NCBI GenBank assembly: GCA_965221695.1
Contig: OZ244905.1
Location: forward strand, 672,001-736,000
Direction of reading: 5' to 3'
DNA from: Gammaproteobacteria bacterium
GTDB lineage: Bacteria; Pseudomonadota; Gammaproteobacteria; Eutrophobiales; Eutrophobiaceae
DNA length: 64,000 nucleotides
This document shows, piece after piece, positions 38,231 to 46,918 of this stretch (the stretch's first letter is position 1; the number at the start of each line of letters is the position of its first letter). A program made the translations under genes and the position numbers. The notes beneath the pieces were generated by a model. That model saw only the letters and a program-made list of their open reading frames with translations. It did no database searches and was not told where the DNA came from.

Positions 38231-41062
38231 ATGAAAAAGCCGTATACTTTTGTCCTTGTTTCGATGCTGATAAGTTCCCTGGCTACCAGCCTGGGATCGG
38301 CGCCGGTTCATTCAGACGTAGTAGAGGAAATCATTGTCACCGGTTCGCGTATCGGCCGGGACCCGGCAGATTATGTCGGACCGATGTCCGTGATAGACGG
38401 CGCCGATATTGAAAGGACTCCCAACTACAGCGTGCAGGACATGCTGCTGAAACTGCCTTCAATCGGCCAGCAGGGCACCTCCAGGAATAATGCCAACGGC
38501 GGACGAGGGGCACATTTTTCCGGCATCCACCAGTTGAGCCCTGTGCGCACGCTGGTTTTGCTCAATGGTCGTCGCATGTCGCTCACCATTCGCGATTCGC
38601 TCGGACTGGGGGTCGATTTGCAGTCTTTCCCGATCAACATGATAGACAGTATTGAAGCGCTGGCAGATGGGGCTTCCGCCATCTATGGATCGGATGCGGT
38701 GGCCGGCGTCATTAACGTGAAAACCAGACGCTTTGAAGGTTTCGAACTGAATGCCGGCATGGGAACGCCTGAAGACCCGGGCGGCGATTCCTATAACGCA
38801 GGCTTCATCGCCGGTCACGCAGGGAAGCGGGGGCATGTGACCCTTGCTGCCACCATAGTCGATACCAGAAACGTGGATTACCAGCAGCGGGATTGGTCAA
38901 AAACACCCATCCTGGGACAACTGGACGCCGGCAATGGCGCTATTCTGACCTTGATGGGCAGCGGCATACCACCGGAGGGAAGACAGCCACATGCGGGGAT
39001 TATCTTCAAGCCTGACCCGGCCAGCGGCGCCAGTTTTCAACCCTACGATACGTTTGGTTTAAGCGGTTTGAATGGTTCCGCCGGAGATGGCAGTCTGCAG
39101 TCCATCCTGGATACCGGTCATCGCTTTAATTACTCTGATATCGAGGGAACCGGCTCTTCTTTGGTGAATGGTTCGCGCGTGATTAACGGCGCCATCATAG
39201 GAGAATTGCAACTGGACAGCAATGTCCTGTATTACGAGTTGCTGGGAATGCATCGGGAAGGCGCCCTGAATTTCACTCCCATACCTATTGCAGATGCCTT
39301 GGGCCGGTTCACGGACCTGCTGCAGGTACCGTTCAGCAACCCCCATATCCCGGCGGATGCTGTCCCGGTCATCAGGGCGGCTGTCGGACCTGACGCCGAT
39401 CGATTCCAGATGTGGTGGCGCGCCGCGGACCTGGGCCCGCGCCTTTTCAATTACGACAGTGATACGATGAAAATGACTGCCGGCCTGCGCGGCGAGCTAC
39501 CGCTGCTCACGCAGAGTTGGGAATATGATGCCTGGTTCACCTACGGCCGTTCTACCCTTGATGAATCAACCCGCAACCAAGTGAATGTAGCCAGATTGCA
39601 GACCGCACTCGACCCGGTTGCCTGCGCGCAGGATCTCGCCTGCCCGAAAGACGCAAACGGTAATCCCACTCTGAACATTTTCGGCCGAAACGCCAAAAGC
39701 CAGGAAGAGATGGATTATGTGTTATTCACCGACGAGGAAACTACCCGCTATGAATTCTGGCACCTGGCCGGCTCCCTGATCGGAGAATTATGGTCATTGC
39801 CTGGTGGTTCCATGAGCATGGCCGCAGGTTTAGAATGGCGCCATGAGGAAGGCAGCGTGCAAACTTCCGAGACTGTCCGCGCCGGACATAGCGCCGGCAA
39901 TTTTGCGGAACCGACTCAAGGTGATTTCTCAGTATGGGAATTCTTCACGGAATTCCACGCTCCATTGCTCGCCAACCACCAATTTGTCCGCGAGTTGTCC
40001 CTGGACGCCGCGCTGCGCTACTCCGACTATAGCCATGCCGGTTCCGAAGCGACGTTTAAACTCGGCCTGCACTGGGCGCCGGGGCATGACTTCCGTTTGC
40101 GTGGGGTCTTTGCCACCGGTTTCCGAGCTCCCAACATCCTGGAATCCTTCGGCGGTATCGCTGATTCCTTTCTGACGGTAGCCGATCCCTGCAACAGCGC
40201 AGCCGACCTGTACCGGGATAATGCCACGGTCCGGGCAAACTGCGCGAGCCAGGGGATTCCCGCTGATTATGTACAGAATGCGTCTCAATTGAAGGTTTCC
40301 GCCGGCGGCAATCCGGAACTGGAGCCGGAAACCTCTGACAGTTTCTCCGTGGGTCTGGCGTGGACGCCGAGGGCTATTGATAATCTCCTGTTGACTGTCG
40401 ATTATTACGATGTCCAAGTGGATAATGCCATTACCACCCCTGACCCGGTGGACGTGATCCTCACCTGTTACACCACGCAGGACCTGACGGCGCCGGAATG
40501 CGCCCGCATCGGACGCGGGCCATCGGGTACAATCACGCGTTTCGATCTGCTCAACGAGAACCTGGCGCGCCTGGAGACTTCCGGCATTGATGTCAACGCG
40601 TCCTGGACCCTTACCACGAACTTCGGCGACCTCGACCTCAACGGCGCCGTCAACTGGCTCAACGAATATGTCGAGACTACGGACTCCGGCGCAATAAGCG
40701 ATCGCACCGATATGGTGGCGGGGGCTATCTCCAGTTGGTTCGGCTATCCCGAATGGCGCGCTAACCTGACCGTATCATTTAACCGCAACAACTGGACCCT
40801 CGGCGGCGCCTGGCGCTATCTTGACGCCATGGATATCTTCGACGCCATTGAATTCGACAATATCCACACGAGCGTGGACGCAATTAATTACTTCGACCTG
40901 TTCGGCAGCTACCGTGGCAACACCTTCAACGTCACGCTGGGAGTGGACAACCTCACTGATGAAGCTCCGCCTTATGTGCCGGACGTATCGAATAACACCT
41001 CGGCAATCTACGACTACCTGGGACGAAATTACTACCTGCGGTTAAAACTCAGGTTTAACTGA
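38231..41062 (+). CDS. TonB-dependent receptor
   Basis: EEIIVTGSRI, RTLVLLNGRR, DGASAIYGSDAVAGVIN, GFRAPN, YDYLGR. Confidence 0.93.
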   Translation: MKKPYTFVLVSMLISSLATSLGSAPVHSDVVEEIIVTGSRIGRDPADYVGPMSVIDGADIERTPNYSVQDMLLKLPSIGQQGTSRNNANGGRGAHFSGIHQLSPVRTLVLLNGRRMSLTIRDSLGLGVDLQSFPINMIDSIEALADGASAIYGSDAVAGVINVKTRRFEGFELNAGMGTPEDPGGDSYNAGFIAGHAGKRGHVTLAATIVDTRNVDYQQRDWSKTPILGQLDAGNGAILTLMGSGIPPEGRQPHAGIIFKPDPASGASFQPYDTFGLSGLNGSAGDGSLQSILDTGHRFNYSDIEGTGSSLVNGSRVINGAIIGELQLDSNVLYYELLGMHREGALNFTPIPIADALGRFTDLLQVPFSNPHIPADAVPVIRAAVGPDADRFQMWWRAADLGPRLFNYDSDTMKMTAGLRGELPLLTQSWEYDAWFTYGRSTLDESTRNQVNVARLQTALDPVACAQDLACPKDANGNPTLNIFGRNAKSQEEMDYVLFTDEETTRYEFWHLAGSLIGELWSLPGGSMSMAAGLEWRHEEGSVQTSETVRAGHSAGNFAEPTQGDFSVWEFFTEFHAPLLANHQFVRELSLDAALRYSDYSHAGSEATFKLGLHWAPGHDFRLRGVFATGFRAPNILESFGGIADSFLTVADPCNSAADLYRDNATVRANCASQGIPADYVQNASQLKVSAGGNPELEPETSDSFSVGLAWTPRAIDNLLLTVDYYDVQVDNAITTPDPVDVILTCYTTQDLTAPECARIGRGPSGTITRFDLLNENLARLETSGIDVNASWTLTTNFGDLDLNGAVNWLNEYVETTDSGAISDRTDMVAGAISSWFGYPEWRANLTVSFNRNNWTLGGAWRYLDAMDIFDAIEFDNIHTSVDAINYFDLFGSYRGNTFNVTLGVDNLTDEAPPYVPDVSNNTSAIYDYLGRNYYLRLKLRFN

Positions 41063-41093
41063 CAGCATCGAACATCTCAGTTGCGCCTGTTAA

Positions 41094-41122
41094 GAAACCT
41101 CTGAGACTAAATCAGAGGTTCC
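41094..41122. repeat. Minimal MITE hairpin flanked by TTAA
   Basis: TTAA|GAAACCTCTGA-GACTAAA-TCAGAGGTTCC|TTAA; a further internal MITE fragment ggacttgtcagagcaagcaaa lies at 41175-41195. Confidence 0.7.
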
Positions 41123-41238
41123 TTAACATCCGACACATGCTGGCGGTCAATGATTTATGGTAATCTGCTTAACGGGACTTGTCAGAGCAAGCAAATAATC
41201 AATCAACGAAGCGCATGGCCTATCATCGTAGCGCTCGA

Positions 41239-43788
41239 TCAGGACTTATCCTTGATTGAAATCGATATTTCGGTTTCCTTGGCGTTGTTGACTTCTTCCC
41301 TGGAAAAAGGCAGGAATTTATGTTTGAACTGCTGGTATAACTCCATCTGATCATCATAATGTCGCGCTTTGCTGCCGTCCGGCGCTAAAAATCCACTCTG
41401 TCCCGGCGCGAAGCTGTCCCAGCCGAGAATGGCGCTGCCGTTTGCAATGAACAGATTGTTTTCACTGCCACGGTTCATAATTACAGGCAACTGTAATGTA
41501 TTGTCCGCTGTAGTCTGCGCAACGCCGCGGAAGTTAAACGTGGAAAAAATCTGTGGGTGCGTTTTGGCGCGCCATTGTTCCATATCATTGCCGAAGCGGT
41601 CGACCAGTTGCGTAATCGCCGCAGAAAAAGTCGTCAGCAACACATCGGCTGGATTACTGCCGTTAAAGAAATCATAATCGGCGTTATTATTACCGTTACT
41701 TTGAGCCATGGTATTCACTATGGTCTTTATACAGGGAGAAACGGCAATAGACGCGCTGACAGCATCAGTCGGGTAACCCGGGGATGCGAAACGAAAAAAG
41801 AATTCTTCACCGATATCATCTTTCAATACGTCTTCGCATAACTTTGTCAGCCATGTCTGCATGATCATCGGCGCGGCAGTATCAAAATATCCATCTTCGT
41901 TTTGATCTCGCCAGTAGCCGTCCCAGTTCTGCAGTGTCTGAAATGCGGATTTCACTGCTTGCGGCGCGTCATACCGCTTCATTTTGTCCGCCAGCATGGG
42001 GTTCAAATAACGAAAATTAACATCGGCAAAAGAACTGCGACTGTTAATATCCCATGCTTCGCGGCTGCTGAACGCAACTTTCGATTCGAGCTCATCAATC
42101 AGAATATCCACGCGCTCCGCCTTGCCCCAGCGCCGCCACCACAGGTCTGAATTTCGCCAATCATGTTCCGGCCGGTTGTTCCAGTTGGTGATATAGCCCT
42201 GTTTTGGATTGTAAACATAGGGATTATGTTCAAATGAGGTGTACCCCAGCCAATCCATACTGCCATCACCAGGCGCCGGTAACCTGTTATCGTGCAGCGT
42301 GTTTCGTAACGGGTATCTGCCAGTATGGGTATATCCGATATTGCCGTCCTTATCGAGGTAGTACAAATTGATATTGGTCGACATGATTGCCAGTTGCTGA
42401 CGCCATGTAGCGAAATCTCCGGTTCTCGCCATCTCCATCCAGGCCAGGCAGGTTTCCATTTCCCTGCCTTCCCAGGCGCGCTTTTTACTGAAGATACGGC
42501 CCGCTGCTTTATCGTACTGGACCACCGGGCCATAGTGAGAATAATAAAACGTATGGTTTACATCAGCGGCATCTTTTATCGCTATTTTCTCGTTGCGAAC
42601 GCTGAGCGGGCGATAACGCCCATCATGCCAATACTCATTTTCATTTTCCGGGTTCAGGCGGCTGACAAAAATATCGACAAGGTCGCCAAAACCGGCTGTG
42701 CTGCCCCAGGATATTGCGCCATTATGCGCGAACAGAAGAAACGGAACCGCGAGCAGGGTATTGCCGACGACGTCAAGGCCGCCGCCGTGCAAGCCGACAC
42801 CGTATACATACGAGGGATTAATCCATCCGAATTGCGGACCATTCACCAATATGCCCTGCGCTTCCCTGGTTTTACTTCTGCCAAGCGCCCACACATTGCT
42901 TGCGGATGAATAACCTGCTGTGCCGGGAATGCCGCTCAGTGAAAACTGTTCACGGGCGTAAGCCTGTTGTTGTTGCGCATCTGCGAACTGTTTAAACCTG
43001 CCGCTCTCATCAAAAGTAACTGGTGGCGGCGTATCAATGGCAGCTTGATAGATACTTTGCAGATAGACAGGCTCTTCCTCGCCACGATAAACTAGGGTTC
43101 TTCTCTGCGCATCCTCATCCGGCACAGTGACCGGTGAGGCTTTGTCATAAATTGGCAGCGTTGCATTGAAGATGCGCCAGGCTTTGTCAGCCCCATGCTG
43201 TTGTTGCAAACTTTTTAAAAATGCGAGGTTATTGACTTCCTCGTTGAAGTCGGCATAACGATGCGCCAATGCGCCGACGATTACCAGGAAAACATCGTAA
43301 GCTGTCCAGGCATATGGGGTAAAACCGAAATCGGCGAATTCCTTTGGCAGCAGGCGATCGGTATCCTGCATCACCTCCTCTATCCAGTGGTTAATCCCGT
43401 CAGCATAGCCCCTGAAAGGCGCTGACTGGCTGTCATTGAGTTGTTCTATCTGCTTGCGTAAAGCAGCAGGATCGAAACCCGTTCTGACCGTAATATCAAT
43501 ATCGAGATAGTCCTTGCCAAGCGCTTCGGCAACGCGCCCGGATGTGGTGCGCTTCAGCATTTCCATCTGGAACAGTCGATCCTGGCCTACCGCGTAGCCG
43601 TATCCGTAATACAGGGAGTAAGTATCATCGGCATAAATATGCGGCACACCATAGCCATCCCTGATAATTTTTACCGTTGATGGTTCGGCAGCCGGCGAGA
43701 GCGGAACAGCAACCGGCAGCAGACAGCAAAAAAGCCGGCATATCCAAAGTTTCTTATGCGCGAATCTCATTACAGGGAAAAGCCTCAT
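41239..43788 (-). CDS. Penicillin G acylase-family Ntn-hydrolase (exported)
   Basis: RDGYGVPHIYA, QDRLFQME, beta-chain start SNVWALG, NGPQFGW, NWNNRP, NRGSEN; start uncertain (43770-43851). Confidence 0.9.
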   Translation of the reverse strand: MRLFPVMRFAHKKLWICRLFCCLLPVAVPLSPAAEPSTVKIIRDGYGVPHIYADDTYSLYYGYGYAVGQDRLFQMEMLKRTTSGRVAEALGKDYLDIDITVRTGFDPAALRKQIEQLNDSQSAPFRGYADGINHWIEEVMQDTDRLLPKEFADFGFTPYAWTAYDVFLVIVGALAHRYADFNEEVNNLAFLKSLQQQHGADKAWRIFNATLPIYDKASPVTVPDEDAQRRTLVYRGEEEPVYLQSIYQAAIDTPPPVTFDESGRFKQFADAQQQQAYAREQFSLSGIPGTAGYSSASNVWALGRSKTREAQGILVNGPQFGWINPSYVYGVGLHGGGLDVVGNTLLAVPFLLFAHNGAISWGSTAGFGDLVDIFVSRLNPENENEYWHDGRYRPLSVRNEKIAIKDAADVNHTFYYSHYGPVVQYDKAAGRIFSKKRAWEGREMETCLAWMEMARTGDFATWRQQLAIMSTNINLYYLDKDGNIGYTHTGRYPLRNTLHDNRLPAPGDGSMDWLGYTSFEHNPYVYNPKQGYITNWNNRPEHDWRNSDLWWRRWGKAERVDILIDELESKVAFSSREAWDINSRSSFADVNFRYLNPMLADKMKRYDAPQAVKSAFQTLQNWDGYWRDQNEDGYFDTAAPMIMQTWLTKLCEDVLKDDIGEEFFFRFASPGYPTDAVSASIAVSPCIKTIVNTMAQSNGNNNADYDFFNGSNPADVLLTTFSAAITQLVDRFGNDMEQWRAKTHPQIFSTFNFRGVAQTTADNTLQLPVIMNRGSENNLFIANGSAILGWDSFAPGQSGFLAPDGSKARHYDDQMELYQQFKHKFLPFSREEVNNAKETEISISIKDKS

Positions 43789-43839
43789 ATTCCATCTCAG
43801 ACCATGCAAACCCTCATGATCATATCTGTGCACGTCCCG

Positions 43840-44148
43840 TACCACTCCCACGAAAGTGGGAGTCCAGTTAAATTCTGTGTCGCCCGCAGGGCGACGCTTT
43901 TATTTACTGGATTCCCGTTTGCACGGGAATGGGATGGGGGGCGCTTCCGTGAACCCCGCCACAATAACCACTCCCGCGGAAGCGGGAGTCCAGTTAAATT
44001 CTGTGTCGCCCGGAGGGCGACCCTTTGTCTCACTGGATTCCCGTTTGCACGGGAATGGGGTGTGGGCGCTTCCGTGAACCCCGCCACCGTACCACTCCCA
44101 CGGAAGTGGGAGTCCAGTCCAATACTGTGTCGCCCGCAGGGCGACGCT
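43840..44148 (+). repeat. Tandem BIME/REPIN-like array, ~125-bp unit x 2.5
   Basis: accactccc at 43842, 43968 and 44092. Each unit = REP, gtcgcccNNNgggcgac hairpin, inverted REP, conserved linker. Confidence 0.9.
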
Positions 44149-44166
44149 TTATAATACCGCTTTGGA

Positions 44167-46404
44167 TTAATAGCTATACGTAGCCGTTATGCCATATGTT
44201 TGCGGTGGCCCCCACACGCCGATCACTCCCGGGCCGATGACGTAGGAATGAGAGATATAATCTTCCTTAGTCAGGTTCTTGCCCCAGACAGCCACTTCCA
44301 GTTTCTCGTTCGCTGAAGTCCAGGCAATGCGCGCATCCACCAGTTCATGTTGCTGAACAACGGTACGCTGGTCGATATAGTCATTGATCTGCTCATCCAT
44401 GTAGCTGTATTCCACCTGGAAATCGAAGGATCCCATTGCGGTCGGCAGGTTATAGCCCAGTATTAAGTTCCAGGAACTCTCAGGCGCCTGGCGCAGGTTG
44501 GACCCGGATGCATCGGTAGTGCCGGCAAGTGTTTCGATAACCAGATCGTTCACTTCGCTGTCCATGTAGGCATAGTTGCCCAGGAAACGGATGTTATCAG
44601 TCGGGTACCAGCCCCATTCCACTTCAATGCCATAAATATCCGCTTGGCCGATGTTGGTGGTCTGGAAAGTGCCGAACGCGGAACCGACAACCGGACCGAA
44701 GCGGACGATCTGCAGATCTTCATAGTCTGTGTAATAACCGGTGATATTCAGGCGCAGACTGGCGTCGAAAAGATCGCCTTTGAAACCCAGCTCATAGTTA
44801 ATCGCTGTCTCCGGGCTCACCGAGGTCGATGCGCTTGACTGCACGCCCTGGGAACCGGCGAACCCACCGGATTTATAGCCCGTGGTGACAGAGCCATAAA
44901 CCATTACATCGTCATTCGGGAAGTACTGTAGCGCCGCCTTGTAGGACAACTCATCCCAGTTGTCGCTGGGCGAGACAGTAAAGGATTCACTGACAATGTT
45001 CAGGCTCCCGCGAACGCCGGCGCACTCGGGGAAGTTTGCAAACGGGCCGCTGTCGGGCAGGTTGCCGCAATCCACTGCAGTGGCCGTGTAGTTCTTTTTA
45101 TCATAGGTATAGCGCAGTCCCACGGTGAGATTCCAGTCTTCCCGGAATGCCCAGTCACCCTGACCGTAGGCCGCATAGCTGTTGGTGATATTCTGTGTCC
45201 GTGTGTATTCGTTGCCGATGACGGCCTGGTTGCCGACCGCAGTCTGAGTCAATCCCGTGTAATCGCCTGCTTTTGTGATCTTGAACTGCTCCACACGGTC
45301 AGTCTTTTCCCGGAAGTAAAAGACCCCGGCCGTATAGTTGATATTGCCATCCAAGTCGGAGGTCCAGCGCAGTTCCTGTTGAACTGTCTCTATGTCTTCG
45401 ACAATATCATCAATGACTTCATCGAAAGGCAGCCCTATTGCGCCAAGTCCGACGCCCACTGACTGCATTTCCCAGTCTGTGCTGTGGTCACGATAGGCGC
45501 TGATACTGGTGAGGGTACCGCTGCCAAATTCAATATCGCCTTGCAGGCTGACGCCCCAGGCTTCGCGCATGGAAAAACCGTCATACGGCGAGGCATTCTG
45601 ACGGGGTCCGGTAATGCCGTTAGCAGCGCCAATCACGCTCAGTGGCGCATTGTCAGCGAGCGGGGTACGGCCCATATCGGTGCGGTCGTCTTCCATATAA
45701 TCAACCGACAACAACCATTCAGAAGAATCGAGGTCCATGCGCAACTGGCCGCGCACGGAAGTCTGGTCCTGGTCCTGGAGTTCCGTGCCCAGAAGCACAT
45801 TATCCACATAACCGTCATGCTGCCGGTGATTGACGCTGATCTTGCCTGTCAGGTTTTCCGTCAAGGGACCGCTTGCGTAACCTTGTGCCCGAAAAATACC
45901 CTCGTTGCCGCCGGTGACTCCAACCTTGGCAGTGAACTCATCCGATGGTTTGGATGTGACGACGTTAAATGCGCCGCCAATCGCATTGCGCCCGAACAAG
46001 GTGCCCTGGGGGCCTTTCAGCACCTCAATGCGTTCAAGGTCAAACATATCGAAGTTGATACCGGCGCCGCGTCCAATGTAAACGCCGTCCAGAAACAGCG
46101 CCGTGGAGTTTTCCAGTCCGGCGCCGTCGTCAGCAGAAGAAATGCCGCGAATGGCTACCAGCGCCTGGCCCGGCGCAAATTCCGCGTAGACCACGCCAGG
46201 CACATGCTGCGAGATGGTTGCCGCGTCAAAGATATCGGATTTCTTCAGCGCATCTTCGTTAAGCGCCGTCACCGCCAGGGGCACATCCTGGATGTTCTGC
46301 TGCCGGTGCTGCGCGGTCACAATGACCTCTTCCAAAACTTGGGCTACGCTGCTGCCGGCGTGTAAAGTAGACACAAAAATCGTGATAAAAATCAAATATC
46401 TCAC
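44167..46404 (-). CDS. TonB-dependent receptor
   Basis: EEVIVTAQHRQQ, RIEVLKGPQGTLFGRN; likely GTG start at 46404 after CAGGAG. Confidence 0.93.
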   Translation of the reverse strand: MRYLIFITIFVSTLHAGSSVAQVLEEVIVTAQHRQQNIQDVPLAVTALNEDALKKSDIFDAATISQHVPGVVYAEFAPGQALVAIRGISSADDGAGLENSTALFLDGVYIGRGAGINFDMFDLERIEVLKGPQGTLFGRNAIGGAFNVVTSKPSDEFTAKVGVTGGNEGIFRAQGYASGPLTENLTGKISVNHRQHDGYVDNVLLGTELQDQDQTSVRGQLRMDLDSSEWLLSVDYMEDDRTDMGRTPLADNAPLSVIGAANGITGPRQNASPYDGFSMREAWGVSLQGDIEFGSGTLTSISAYRDHSTDWEMQSVGVGLGAIGLPFDEVIDDIVEDIETVQQELRWTSDLDGNINYTAGVFYFREKTDRVEQFKITKAGDYTGLTQTAVGNQAVIGNEYTRTQNITNSYAAYGQGDWAFREDWNLTVGLRYTYDKKNYTATAVDCGNLPDSGPFANFPECAGVRGSLNIVSESFTVSPSDNWDELSYKAALQYFPNDDVMVYGSVTTGYKSGGFAGSQGVQSSASTSVSPETAINYELGFKGDLFDASLRLNITGYYTDYEDLQIVRFGPVVGSAFGTFQTTNIGQADIYGIEVEWGWYPTDNIRFLGNYAYMDSEVNDLVIETLAGTTDASGSNLRQAPESSWNLILGYNLPTAMGSFDFQVEYSYMDEQINDYIDQRTVVQQHELVDARIAWTSANEKLEVAVWGKNLTKEDYISHSYVIGPGVIGVWGPPQTYGITATYSY

Positions 46405-46918
46405 TGCTCTCTCCTGAATGAATAAATTCTGCAATTTCAATGGTAAAAATCCTAGGCTGATCAGTATGGTTTACATCGATTTTCTGATTACAAACGTGAA
46501 TACAAAAACAGCGCCGGATCAGAGATTCGAAACATCAGACCATCCGTTTACCAGGCAAGCGCTATAACGACTGGATAAATCTGACTTAATACTACTATCA
46601 GGCAGCCATAGTTAGCTGCAAATATTATGATACTACAAAGAGACCAGCAATGTCATATCTCTTAAGCTCGGGCCGTTACTCCCCCACCGGGATCGCTGGT
46701 TGCCGAACTGCCCCGCAACGCGATGGACAAAGACCAGAAACGCCTGCTACGAAAGCAGTATAAAGCTAGTTTCCAATGGCAGATCGTTCGCTCTTGCGCA
46801 TCGATTACTTGCGGCGCTCACCGGAATTCATAAAAATAACAACTACATGAATAACTATTGTCTGGCTGCCTGAAATATCCTTAATGATTTACGGTTAATC
46901 GGGCACAGACCCAGTGAA

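Noticed and set aside
43840-44148. CRISPR array
   Set aside because: The intervening sequences are conserved between units rather than unique spacers, the palindromes alternate in orientation, and no cas genes are present.
43677-44154. ORFs 43677..43871, 43756..44154, 43797..44087 and 43856..44077 (and 31515..31770)
   Set aside because: They are translations of the REP/BIME repeats.
8751-46365. Long antisense ORFs (8751..9572, 12937..13809, 13634..14641, 27822..28796, 32761..33693, 36811..37932, 45484..46365)
   Set aside because: They are shadow frames opposite well-supported genes in GC-rich DNA, with no recognisable motifs.
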